In this document: positions 46,991-59,224 of the stretch, in pieces | Numbering within the stretch: the first letter of the stretch is position 1 | Layout: the number at the start of each line of letters is the position of its first letter | NCBI GenBank assembly: GCA_038087875.1 | Contig: CM075992.1 | Location: forward strand, 9,798,001 to 9,862,000 | From: Malacoraja senta | Lineage: Eukaryota | DNA: 64,000 bases | Reading direction: 5' to 3' | The notes under the pieces: model-generated | Told to the model about the DNA's origin: nothing | Seen by the model: only the letters and a program-made list of their open reading frames with translations | Databases searched by the model: none | Position numbers and translations under genes: made by a program

Positions 46991-47141
46991 GGCCGCGGGG
47001 ACAGACGGTCCAGGGTCCACGAGTGAGGAACCAGTCAGCGTAGAGTCCGGATGCTGGGACAGAAGAAGGGCCCTCTGTACTGGCATCCATAGTAAGTGCT
47101 TACCTGGCGTTCACCGCATGTACTCCAGAAGGCGTTGCATG

Positions 47142-47205
47142 GCAACAGTATGGGTCACGGGTCGTGACCTCGAGCAACAGTATGGGTCACGGGTCGTGAC
47201 CTCGA
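47142..47205. repeat. Exact 32-bp tandem duplication with an internal hairpin
   Basis: two copies of GCAACAGTATGGGTCACGGGTCGTGACCTCGA. Confidence 0.9.
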
Positions 47206-47626
47206 CTGCCGTGCAACCTCCATATACAGTTAAATGGGGAAATAGCAGTCTATGTTCGGAGATTACATGGCAATATACCACAATATATATCACGTGTGTC
47301 ATGCGCTGTGGGGCGAAGGCAGGAGAATGGGGTTAGGAGGGAGAGATAGATCAGCCGTGATTGAATGGCGGAGTAGACCTCAAGGGCCGAATGGCGTCAT
47401 TCTGCTCCTATCACTAGACAGAGACATAACAAACTCCTGCCAGGACTGCGAATGGCATCATTGGGATTGTTGACAGGCACACGCGTTAACTGAAAAATGA
47501 GCAGAGATCAGGAAGTTGTGGAGTCAGGATCTTCGTTTGAAAAGTGTGCTTCCTGCAGGAAATTGAATAATCATAGAGATATAACAAAAATGAATATCCA
47601 CTTTCAAGCTCAATTTTCCTTTGCAG

Positions 47627-47658
47627 ATGGTTATGAGAACTCCAGGCAGGCTCGTACG
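47627..47658 (+). other. Candidate 32-nt exon of an unidentified host gene
   Basis: GCTCAAT branch-like site, TTTTCCTTTGCAG acceptor, ACG|GTGAGT donor, in non-repeat DNA. Confidence 0.4.
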
Positions 47659-48799
47659 GTGAGTGGATGTCCCACCTCCTCTTCTGAAGCCTCGTGACAA
47701 TTTGGCCAAACTTTGGTGAGCCCCAGGGTCTTCAATAACGATAACGTCACCTCTCCAAAGCAGTCTGGTTTGTGCCCATCGTGGCTGCAGTACAGTACAC
47801 TTGCAACATGTGCTGATGTTACTTGATACCTACAGGATACTTTATCACCACGTGCGACATGTAACCGAGATTCTTTGTTTTGTTACCACACACAAGGAAT
47901 GCAAAGAGTCGCCATGTATAGGGCAACGACAAAGTGACTAGTGTTCAATGTAGTCCCAAAGGTCCCTCCCTATTCATTCTAGGCCGCCTCCCTCCCCCCC
48001 CACTACCCTTCCTCACATCGGGACCCCCTTTGTTCTTGGCAGCCCCTCCACATAGGGTCCCTCTTTGTTCTCGGCGCCTATACCCCCTCAGCCACCCCAA
48101 CCCCCACTCCCACTGCCCCCACCCCCCACACCAGTACCATCTGTTCTCAGTGACCCCCCCCCCCCACATGCCGGGTGCCTCTTCACTCTTGGCGCCCCCC
48201 CCCCCCCCCCCCGATGCCCTGGGCTCACCCCTCCGGACCACTGCTCTTGGCACCGTCTTTTATTGCGTTGGATGCAATTGGTGGTGGAGGGCACTGAGGG
48301 AGACTGCAGGAAAGGAGAAACATGGAAGGGCCAAAAGTCCCTATGGTGGCCAACGCCTTGGCAGTCCCACCCGCAGCAGTGGTGAAGCATGTAGTCCGAA
48401 GGGTTAACTCAATGAAGAAACCCTTCCATCACCTCCCCTTCCCCCTTACAATAGCCAGCCCCATAGAGTCATCCAGCAAGGAACTTGGCCCTTCAGCCCA
48501 ACTGATCCATGCCAACTAAGATGCCCCATCAAAGCCAATCCCATTCGTTCATATCCCTCTAAACCTTTCCTATATATGTACCTGTCTCAAATGTCTATTT
48601 AGTACCTTCTCAAAGAGTCACGAGTGTTTTATTGTTATATGCCCTGAAGAGGACCAATGACATGTTTACTCGCAGCCGCATAATGCCTATGTAAGCATAG
48701 TCTTTTTTAAACACCATGATAAACAACAACAAAAAGGTTTAGTATACGTTAGAAAAAACTAAATAGCGCAAAGACCAAAGCAATATCCCCAGGTCCATG

Positions 48800-49245
48800 C
48801 AGTTCAGGGCTTATTTAGAAAGTTGTAGTATTGAGTAGCCTGATGGCTGTAGGGAAGAAGCTGTTCCTGAACCTGGACGTTACAGTTTTCAGGCTCCTGT
48901 CCCTTCTTCCCGATTGCAGGAGTAAAATGAGAACTGTGCCGGGGTGGTGTGGGTCTCTGATGATGCTGGCTGCCTTGTAGAGGCAGCGACTCGTGTAGAT
49001 CCCTTCAGTGGTGGGGAGGTCTGTACCCGTGATGGACCGGGCAGTGTTCACCACTTTTTGCAATCTTCTTCACCCCTGGGCATTCAAGTTGCTGAACCGG
49101 GCCCTGATGCAACCAGTTAATATGCTCACTACTGTACACCTGCAGAAGTTCAAGAGAACATTTGTTGACAGAATCTCCTCAAACTTCTCAGGAAGTTGAG
49201 GCATTGATGGAGTCCTTTGTGATTGCATCAATGTGCTGGGTCCAG
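48800..49245 (-). mobile_element. Rex1/Babar-like LINE 3' part
   Basis: QKVVNTARSITG...KAASIIRDPHHPG...FRNSFFPTAIRLLN. Confidence 0.8.
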
Positions 49246-49449
49246 GTTAAGTTACTCCGACACAAAGTGGTGGAGTAACTCAGCGGATCAGGCAGCATCT
49301 CTAGAGAAGAAAGATAGGTGATGTTTCCGGTCATGACGCTTCCTTACTTAAATGTTAGCACCTGACACACTGGTCTCTCTGTTAAGTGACTTGGGTCCTG
49401 CTTATACACTACTCCGAGAATCACTTTCGAGTGTCATAAAGCTATTATT

Positions 49450-49750
49450 TTAGTTTAGTTTAGAGATACAATGTGGAAACAGGCCCTTGGCCCACCGAAT
49501 CGCCACCAACTAGTGATCCCGCACATTAACACTATCCTACACACACTGTGGACAATTTAGAACTATACCAAACCAATTAACCGACAAACCTGTACGTCTT
49601 TGGATTGTGGGAGGAAACCGAAGATCTCGGAAAATCCCATGCAGGTCACGGGGAGAACATGCAAACTCCATACAGACAGCACCTGTAGTCAGGATCAAAC
49701 CTGGGTCTCTAGATTTGTCAGGCAACAGCTCTACCTGCTGCATCACCGTG
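49450..49750 (-). mobile_element. HE1/V-SINE-like SINE
   Basis: reverse-complement SINE motifs. Confidence 0.8.
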
Positions 49751-50021
49751 TTCGTGTTTGCTATACACAGACCTCCATGAGCATTCCACCTTTGTCTGAG
49801 CCCCTTGACTCCCCGCACAAGTCCCGTGTAACCAGGCTCACGTTATTTAACCTCCGTTCATTCTTTCCACAGCTTCTGCTGTTCTGAAGAAAATACACCT
49901 TAACCACGAAACTGCTTGTGAAACTTGGGGCCTTGTTTTTTTCATAACGTGACATAATTTACATCAGCTAGGGCCCATGAACCACCTAGAGAAAACTTCC
50001 CTGGAATAGCAGCATGACAAA

Positions 50022-52795
50022 TAAAGGTTTCAAAGGTCTTTTATTGTCACGTGTACCAATTAAGGTACAGTGATATGAGAATTATCATACAGCCATACGA
50101 AAAAAACAAGACTGACACACAACTACATAAAAGTTAACATAAACATCCACCACAGCGGATTCCCCACATTCCTCACTGTGATGGGAAGGCAAAAAAGTCC
50201 AATCTTCTTCCTCCTTATTCTCCCGCGGTCGAGAACCATCTGCTGTCGAGGCGATCGAAGCTCCCGCAGCCGGCGGTCGAAGTCCCTGCGTCGGGGCGAC
50301 TGCTGCTCTCGCATTGGGGTGATCGAAACTCCCACGGCTTGGAGTTCCCGGAGTCTGTCTCTGACCAGAGACCAGAGGATTTGTGATGTTAAGTCTTCAG
50401 GCACCCACAGTTGGTGCTCCGAAGTTGATCCCTGGCAAAGGGATCGCGGGCTCCATGAGGGTAAAGGGCCTGTCCACTTTGTGATTTTTTTCAGCGACTG
50501 CGAACGTCAGTGACTGACCCCCATAAATCCATCAAGTCGTACGACATACACGCTGACATATGCTGACCTGCGGGTGACACCCGGTCAGGGTTAGGGTCAG
50601 TGTTAAGGTTTGGGTCAGGGTTAGGGTTAGGGCATAGGGTAGGGTTAGGGCTAGAGTTAGGGTTAAAGTTAGGGACCACAGATGGGCTGTAAAATATTCT
50701 TCCTTCAATTGCATGGGTTTTAAACATTAATATATTAAAATTAATACAATAAAATCAATTGTGCAGTGAAAGTCGTTCAGTTTTATTTACAGATGTTGGT
50801 CTGCTTCCAGATCCAATCGCCGTCTCTAACTTTTCACAGGGATGGATTCAGTGAGTGTAGACTGAACACCTCTCTCCCCTCCACCCCCCTCTTCCCCCTC
50901 CTGCCCCCATCCCTCCTTCTCCACCCCCTACCCTTCTCCCTCCCCTCTCCCCCACTTCTTCCCTTCCCCCCGCTTCCTCCCTTCTCCCCGTTCCATTCTT
51001 CTCCCCCTTCGCCACTCCCCCTTCATATCCCCTTCTCCCCCTCTCCCTCCCTTCTCCCATTCTCCAACCCCCCCCCCCCACTTTCCCCGACACCCCCATT
51101 TGTGGACCCCAGCCTGCGACCAGCGATTCCCCGCACACTATCCCACACACGCTAGGGATAATTTATACAAACCTGTACGCCTTTGGAGTGCGGGAGGAAA
51201 TCCAAACCCTAACCTTACCCCTAACCCTAACCCTACCCCTGGCCCTAAGCATAACCCTAACCCTAACCCTAACTCTAGGTTGATAGGCTTGGTATAATAT
51301 AAATTGTCCCTAGCGTGTGTGGGATAGTATGCGGGGAATCGCTGGTCGGTGCGGACTCGGTGGGCCGAAGGGCACTGTATCTCTGAACTAGATGTGACAC
51401 AGGGGCCCCAGGGGTTGGACTCCAACCCCCAATGTTCTACCTGCTCCTCATGGGAACTAAACTGTTGGCCACGAGTTGTCCCAGAGGCAGATCTCGCAAA
51501 GGTCTCTCCAAACTGCCAGAGGCAGCGGGCTTTTCAACTGGGTACAGGCAATGTTGTCGATGTACCAATGCCACCCACCTGCTCCGGCCACTGAGTCTAA
51601 ATACCCACCACCTATTTTGAAGCAAAGCGAGGGGGCGGAGGGGGGGGGGGGTGGTTGGAGGAGGGGGAGTTGTTCCCAAAGTCTGCATTTATCCCATAGT
51701 CAATGTTACTAAACCAGATGATGTGGCCTTTGTGCAGTACTATTAGTGGAATCTAGCTGTCACAGGCTGGGTCCACAAATGGTGGGCGTCGGGGAAAGTG
51801 GAGGGGGGGTGTGGGTTGGGGTTTTGGAAAATGGGAGAAGGGAGGGAGAAGGGAGAAGGGGATATGAGGGGAGGGGGGGAGTGGAGAAGGGCGAGAAGAG
51901 TGGAGCGGGGAGAAGGGAGAAAGAGGGGGGAAGGGAAGAAGGGGGGAGAGGGGAGGGGAGAAGGGTAGGGGGGGAGTGGAGAAGGAGGGATGTGGGCAGG
52001 AGGGGGTGGAGGGTAGAGGCGAGTTCAGTCTACACTCACTGAATCCATCCCTGTGAAAAGTTAGGGACGGTGATTGGCTCTGGAAGCGGACCAATACATC
52101 TGTAAATAAAACTGAACGACTCAGACATCTTTCCATTTGCACAACTGATTTTATTGTATTAATTTTAATATATTAATGTTTAAAATCCATGCATTGAAGG
52201 AAGAATATTTTACAGCCCATCTGTGGTCTCTAACCCCAACCCTAACCCTAACCCTAACCGGGCGTCACCCGCAGGACAGCATACGCCAGCGTGTGACGGG
52301 GCGCACGACATAATGAGACGCCCTGATGTCACCCCAGGATTTTGAACATTCCAAAATCCAGGGGCGACAGGGAGACACCGTGCATCACCTGCGCGTCACC
52401 TGCGCATCACTGCGTGTCATTATATGCATCACGACCTGACCACGATGCGACAACCTCTTTTCCGGCTGTCGCCGAAAATGTCGCCCAAGTGGGACAGGCC
52501 CTTCAGTCCGCAGGCACCCGCGATGGAGCTCCCAGTTGACCTCCTGCAAAGATGATAGGCCGCAGTCATACGATACGGAAAAAAGTCGCATCACCGTCGA
52601 GGTAAGAGAATAGAAAAGGTTTCCAAAAACCCCCTCCGCTCCACCCCACCCCACCCCTCCCCCCACACACCATACCCCACATAAGACAAGCTAAAGAACA
52701 CCAAAAAATATACATTTAACACATACTTATTTAAACACAAAGAAGGAAGGGACAGACTGACTGTTGGCGAGGCTGCCATTGCTGGCACCACCCGA
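50022..52795 (-). mobile_element. Non-coding GC-core retroposon split by the 50465-52502 element
   Basis: tail module at 50030-50190, 5' module at 52560-52795; sequence is continuous across the insert. Confidence 0.55.
50465..52502. mobile_element. PIF/Harbinger-like non-autonomous element enclosing a large fold-back with telomere-like tracts
   Basis: TIR AGGGCCTGTCC(C)ACTT; flanks TAA/TCA; inverted arms 50548-51120 and 51759-52294. Confidence 0.75.
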
Positions 52796-52873
52796 TGTTG
52801 CTCAGTAATTAAAAATTGAGCTATTAACAATAACAAATCTGAAGCTCAGGTGATTAGCTTGTGTTTAGATTCC

Positions 52874-53456
52874 ATAGAAACATAGAAGAAACATAGAAAA
52901 TAGGTGTAGGAGGAGGCCATTCGGCCCTTCGAGCCAGCACCGCAATTCATTGTGATCATGGCTGAACGTCCCCAATCAATAACCCGTGCCTGCCTTCTCC
53001 CCATATCCCTTGATTCCACTAGCCCCGAGAGCTCTATCTAACTCTCTCTTAAATCCATCCAGTGATTTGGCCTCCACTGCACTCTGTGGCAGGGAATTCC
53101 ACAAATTCACAACTCTCTGAGTGAAAACGTTTTTTCTCACCTCAGTCCTAAATGGCCTCCCCTTTATTCTAAGACTGTGGCCCCTGGTTCTGGACTCGCC
53201 CAACATTGGGAACATTTTTCCTGCATCTAGCTTGTCCAGTCCTTTTATAATTTTATATGTTTCTATAAGATATCCCCTCATCCTTCTAAACTCTAGTGAA
53301 TACAAGCCTAGCCTTTTCAATCTTTCCTTATATGACAGTCCCGCCATCCCAGGGATCAATCTCGTGAACCTACGCTGCACTGCCTCAATCACAAGGATGT
53401 CCTTCCTCAAATTAGGATGTCCTTCCTCAAATTAGGATGTCCTTCCTCAAATTAGG
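52874..53456 (-). mobile_element. CR1/HER1-like LINE 3' part with open frame
   Basis: ORF 52976-53410; (CTATGTTT)n tail. Confidence 0.92.
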
Positions 53457-53554
53457 CTATATTCTGCACTATGTTCCTTAATGTTGGCTTCTGTAATGCC
53501 TTTAGTTCCTGCACCCTTGTGTTTCACAAGGATATTGGGTTAGTGCTGCAAGTT

Positions 53555-53885
53555 CTCAAGTCAAGTCAAGTCACATTTATTTATATAGCACATTTAAAAA
53601 ACAACTCTCGTTGGCCAAAGTGCTTTACATATGTTATAAGAATAGTATAGACAAACAAACTACATACTGTACATATATACATATAGCCCTCACTCAGAGG
53701 ACGTCAAGAAAGGCTTGGGAGTATATATAAGTTTTTAGTCTTGACTTAAAGGAGTCGATGGAGGGGGCAGTTCTGATGGGAAGGGGGATGCTGTTCCACA
53801 GTCTAGGAGCTGCAACCGCAAAGGCGCAGTCGCCCCTGAGCTTATGCCTAGACCGCGGGATATTCAGCAACCCCAAGTCGTAGTT
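53555..53885 (-). mobile_element. L2-clade LINE 3' end
   Basis: RGDCAFAVAAPRLWNSIPLPIR...FKSRLKTY; TGTAAAGCACTTTG; (GACTT)n tail. Confidence 0.85.
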
Positions 53886-54200
53886 CTGATTCTGAGGTAT
53901 AGAATCAGCCACAGTCTCACTGAATGGTGGTGCAGCATCAAGGGGCTGAATGGCCTCTTTCTGCATCCATTTTCCATAGTCTTAATCAGTACTGGGGATC
54001 ATGACAGAAGCCTCCTCGTGGCGATCCCCGGACACGATGCACCCTGTGACGCGTCGGGCGACCAATTCTGTCAACATGTTGGATGAAGACGGAAGCCAAC
54101 AGCGAGCTACATCGTCTGACACACGAGCGAATGAATCAGTACTAACCCCAACTACAATAATCATTCTGCACGCTGTATCTCTGGCTCCACTACAGACATC

Positions 54201-54512
54201 GGGTGACACGGTGGCGCAGCGGACGAGTTGCTGCCTCACAGCGCCAGAGACCCAGGTCTGATCCTGACTGTGGCTGCTGTCTGTACGGTGTTTGTACATT
54301 CTCCTCGTGACTGTGTGGGTTTTCTCCGGGTGCTCCGGTGTCCTCCCACTGTCCGAAGACGTGTAGGATTGTTGGTTAATTGGCTTCTGTAAACCTTGTA
54401 AATTGTCCCTAGTGTGTAGGATATTGCTAGTGTAGGGGGTGATCGCTGGTCGGCGTGGACTTGGTGGTCTGAAAGTCCTGTTTTAGTGCTATATCTCTAA
54501 ACTTAACTAAAC
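54201..54512 (+). mobile_element. HE1/V-SINE-like SINE
   Basis: head, core, tail. Confidence 0.8.
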
Positions 54513-54851
54513 TTTGGTTTTGCATGTTATGGTTACCTCGTATCACGATTATTAATTTATCGTATTATTGATTACTCTATGGAACAGTTGCACTACAATG
54601 CTGAGAACTCTATTCTGCACTATGTATCTTCTGCTTTGATCTATGTATTGTACTTTACTTTGACTTGATTTATGCTATTTATATTATATTATTTATGTAT
54701 TGTATTTCTCATCAGTTTGGATAGCATGGAAGATAATTGTTATCACTGTAAATTGGTTCACATGACAGTAATAAACCTAAATCTATGTTGGTTTAGTTTA
54801 GTTTTGAGATACAGCCAACTGAGTCCGTGCAGCGAACACCGCATACACTAA

Positions 54852-55491
54852 AGGGCCTGTCCCACTTGGCTGTCTTTCGCGCGCCATTTACGCAACCTGC
54901 TAGCGTGTGGGTAACGCATGGGTAGCGTGTGGGTAGCGCGGGGACGGGCGCATGGAGTGGTGTGGAGGAGTGTGGACTTCGTCCTGAACGAAGTCTTCGC
55001 GCGCCACCGGGCCTGTCGCGGAACTGACGGCCAAAGTGGGACAGGCCCAAGACCCTGGCGCGATGCAACGTCTCACCTCCAACAGCAGCAGAAGCAGGCA
55101 AACGATCGCCGAGCTCGGCCTGGGCCTCACGGCCGTTGCGGATCCGGATCCGCCCCCACTTCTACTCCCAGAGCGGGGGGGGGGGCCAAGAAAATTGAAG
55201 ATAGACACAAAATGCTGGAGTAACTCAGCGGGACCGGCAGCATCTCTGGAGAGAAGGAATGGATGACGTTTCGGGTCAAGACCCTTCTTTCAGACTGAAG
55301 AAACATCACCCATTGCTTCTCTCCAGAGATGTTGCCGGGCTAGCTGAGTTACTCCTGCATTTTGTGTCCATCTTCAAATGACGTCACGCGCTCCAGACGG
55401 CTGTGCGGCGCATGATGACGCGCGCAACTCTCGCGGCACCGTTGCGCGACCGTCACTACCGGCCTGTGACGGCCCAAGTGGGACAGGCCCT
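54852..55491. mobile_element. PIF/Harbinger-like MITE with a nested Penelope palindrome (55195-55376)
   Basis: TIR AGGGCCTGTCCCACTTGG; TAA duplication at 54849-54851 and 55492-55494. Confidence 0.82.
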
Positions 55492-55499
55492 TAAGACTT

Positions 55500-56285
55500 C
55501 AGTATAGCAAAGTGTGGAGTCATGCATTTTGGCAATAAGCATAAAGGCGTAGATTATTTTCTAAGTGGAGAGAGAATGCAGAAATCGGAGGTGCAACGGG
55601 ACGTGAGAGTGCTGGTGCAGGACTCCCAAAAAGTAAATTTGCAAGTCGAATCGGTAGTAAGCAAGGCAAATTCATTATCAAGAGGATATCAAGAGGACTA
55701 GAATACAAAAACAGAGATGTAATGCTGAGGCTCTATACAGCGCTGGTCTGGCTGGATTTTGAGAACTGTGACCAAATTTGGGCCCCATACCTGAGGAAGG
55801 ACATGCTGGCTCTGGAGAGGGTCCAGAGGAGATTTATAAGAAATTATTACAGAAATGAGTGGCTTAGCATATGATGAGCGTTTGACAGCACTGGGCCTGT
55901 ACTCGCTGGAGTTTAGAAGGTTGAGGGGGGGACCTCATTGACATTTTCAGAATAATGAAAGGCACAGATAGAGTGGATGTGGAGAGGATGTTTCCACTGG
56001 TGGGAGAGTCTAGGACCAGAGGTCACAGCCTCAGAATTAAAGGGTGCTCATTTACAACGGAGGTGGGGAGGAGGAACTTCTTTAGTCAGAGGGTAGTTAA
56101 TCTGTGGAACTCATTGCCGTAGAGGGCTGTGGAGGCCACGTCAGAGATAGACAAATTCTTCATTAGAACGGGTGATGGGGAGAAGGCAGGAAAATGGGAT
56201 TAGGAGGCAGAGATCAGCCATGATTAAATGCTGGAATTGACTCGATGGGCCGAATGGCCTAATCCTATAACTTGTGACCTTGTGA
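55500..56285 (+). mobile_element. CR1-like LINE 3' part, decayed
   Basis: KCGVMHFG...LERVQRRF...LEFRRLRG. Confidence 0.82.
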
Positions 56286-56286
56286 A

Positions 56287-56756
56287 CTATCATACACACA
56301 CTAGGGACAATGTGCAATTTTACTGCTAATTAACCTACAAACCTATGTGTCTTTGGAGTGCAGGAGGAAACCGGAGCTTGACACAAGATGCTGGAGTAAC
56401 TCAGCGGGACAGGCAGCATCTCGGGAGAGAGAGGAATGGGTGACGTTTCAGGTTGAGACCCTTCTTCAGACTCATATAGATGAAGTCTGAAGAAGGGTTT
56501 CAACCTGAAACGTCATGCATTCCTTCTCTCCTGTGATGCTGCCTCTCCCACTGAATTACGCCAGCATCTTGTGTCTATCTTCGGTTTAAACCAGCATCTG
56601 CAGTTCCTGCCTACACAGGAAACCGGAGCTCCTGGAGAAAACCCATGCAGTAACAGGGAGAATGTTTCAACTCCGTACAGACAGCACCCGTGGTCAGGAT
56701 GGAACCCGGGTGTCTGGCGCTGTGAGGCAGCAACTCTACCGCTGCGCCACCGTGCT
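56287..56756 (-). mobile_element. SINE interrupted by a palindromic Penelope pseudo-LTR pair (about 56379-56617)
   Basis: AGGAAACCGGAGCT duplicated around the insert; inverted arms. Confidence 0.8.
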
Positions 56757-56785
56757 AAATATGGAACAAATGTGTGCAAATAGAT

Positions 56786-57994
56786 ACATAGAAACATAGA
56801 AAATAGGTGCAGGAGTAGGCCATTCGGCCCTTCGAGCCTGCACCGCCATTCAATATGATCATGGCTGATCATCCAACTCAGTATCCCGTACCTGCCTTCT
56901 CTCCATACCCCCTGATCCCTTTAGCCACAAGGGCCACATCTAACTCCCTCTTAAATATAGCCAATGAAATGGCCTCAACTACCCTCTGTGGCAGAGAGTT
57001 CCAGAGATTCACCACTCTCTGTGTGAAAAAGTTTGTTCTCATCTCGGTCTTAAAGGATTTTCCCCTTATCCTTAAGCTGTGACCCCTTGTCCTGGACTTC
57101 CCCAACATCGGGAACAATCTTCCTGCATCTAGCCTGTCCAACCCCATAAGAATCTTGTAAGTTTCTATAAGATCCCCTCTCAATCTCCTAAATTCTAGCG
57201 AGTATAAGCCGAGTCTATCCAGTCTTTCTTCATATGAAAGTCCTGACATCCCAGGAATCAGTCTGGTGAACCTTCTCTGCACTCCCTCTATGGCTATAAT
57301 GTCCTTCCTCAGATTTGGAGACCAAAACTGTACGCAATACTCCAGGTGTGCTCTCACCAAGACCCTGTACAACTGCAGTAGAACCTCCCTGCTCCTATAC
57401 TCAAATCCTTTTGCTATGAAAGCTAACATACCATTCGCTTTCTTCACTGCCTGCTGCACCTGCATGCCTACTTTCAATGACTGGTGTACCATGACACCCA
57501 GGTCTCGCTGCATCTCCCCTTTTCCTAATCGGCCACCATTTAGATAATAGTCTGCTTTCCTGTTTTTGCCACCAAAGTGGATAACCTCACATTTATCCAC
57601 ATTATACTGCATCTGCCAAACATTTCCCCACTCACCCAGCCTATCCAAGTCACCTTGCAGTCCCCTAGCATCCTCCTCACAGCTAACACTGCCCCCAGCT
57701 TAGTGTCATCCGCAAACATGGAGATGTTGCCTTCAATTCCCTCATCCAGATCATTAATATAAATTGTAAATAGCTGGGGTCCCAGCACTGAGCCTTGTGG
57801 TACCCCACTAGTCACTGCCTGCCATTGTGAAAAGGACCCGTTTACTCCTACTCTTTGCTTCCTGTTTGCCAGCCAGTTCTCTATCCACATCAATACTGAA
57901 CCCCCAATACCGTGTGCTCTAAGTTTGTATACTAATCTCTTATGTGGTACCTTGTCGAAAGCCTTCTGAAAGTCCAGATACAACACATCCACTG
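56786..57994 (-). mobile_element. CR1/HER1-like LINE, RT region to 3' end, one frameshift
   Basis: ORFs 57540-57992 and 56878-57648: [27 protein letters not shown]. Confidence 0.95.
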
Positions 57995-58499
57995 CTAGCT
58001 GAGATGGGGCATCTTGGTTGGCATGGATACGTAGGGCCGAAGGGCCTGTTTCTGTGCTATCTAGCTCTATTCAATAAATTATCTGTATTATTGCATTAAC
58101 GGCCTGTGAAGCTGCAACAATAAGCATTTCACTGTTCCGTTGTCAGTACATGTGACAGTTAAACACTTGACTTGACTCTTGACTCTTGACTCAATTGACT
58201 CTTAACTAAATGTACCATGAGGTCCATAGTATTATACTTGAGTCATTATACACCTTGTACACTACAATCTCAAATAAGCTCTGAACTACATAGACTATTA
58301 TTGTTATTATTGCACTATTATTGTTTGTTTGTTTTTTATGTGTATCTATGAGTGCGTATATACACACAGTGAACATTTTTTTCTCATTAATGATATTGTT
58401 TGCAGTGTACTATGTTTACATATTCTGTTGTGCTGCTGCAAGTAAAAAATGTCATTGTTCTATCTGGGACATATGACAATAAAACACTCTTGGCACATT

Positions 58500-59221
58500 T
58501 AAGATATTTTAAGAATTGGGGTAACTGTTTTCAAGCACCTACGTCGACGGAGACGCGTCGTTCTTCCTTGTCATTTCCTCGCCCCTCCCCTCCTCGCGGC
58601 CTTACAGCTGGTTTGGTGCGGCCTTTCCTGAGGTCGGGCCCAGAGCTTCAGCAACGGCACAGCGGGGACTTTAACATCACGGGCCCAGAGCTCCAGTGGA
58701 GCGGGGCTATTCCTTGCCGGGGGTCGCCGGAGAAGCGCTCAGACCGCCGGCCTGTGGCCTACAACATCTTGGAGCCTCGGTCTGTGGTGCTTCTGGCGGC
58801 AGACATGGAGTGGACCTTTCATCATGGAGCGGGCGATCACTCGCTGGGGGTTGCCGGAGAAGAGCTCCGACCGCCGGCCTGCGGCCTACAACATCTGGAA
58901 GCCGCGGTCTCTGGTAAGGAGGTGGCCGATTTGGGAGCTCTGGGCCGTGGGGTGTGCTCGACCTGTCCCGACGTCGGCGTTCCGACCATCCCAACCAGAG
59001 GGCTTGATTGACTACGGAGGTGAACAAGGGAGGAGAAGGAGGAGGACTGTGTGAACTGTATTGCCTTCCACCACAGTGAAGAATGCTGTGGTGGATGTCT
59101 GTGTTGAATTATGTTGTGTATTGTGTCCTTGTTTAATTGTAACGCTGCATGGTTAAATTACATTTCACTGCATATTATGGTGCATGCGACAAATATATTT
59201 GAATTTGAACTTGAAATTGAA
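58500..59221 (+). mobile_element. Non-coding GC-core retroposon
   Basis: internal direct repeat GCCGGAGAAG...CCGCCGGCCTG...ACAACATC; shared tail module; (TTTGAA)n end. Confidence 0.6.
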
Positions 59222-59224
59222 GGT

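Noticed and set aside
46216..47090. Pro-rich and Gly-rich ORFs
   Set aside because: Open in many frames on both strands because of C-runs in a tandem repeat
47142..47205. CRISPR-like 32-bp hairpin repeats
   Set aside because: Only two adjacent copies, no spacer, no cas genes, vertebrate context
50584..52258. Chromosome end or telomere-fusion site
   Set aside because: Tracts are short, degenerate, not directly joined, and enclosed by transposon TIRs
56878..57992. Functional RT gene
   Set aside because: 5'-truncated, frameshifted CR1 copy
58400..59011. 203-aa ORF (and the similar ORF at 7935-8390)
   Set aside because: Stop-poor GC-rich repeat core; frames are not conserved between family members
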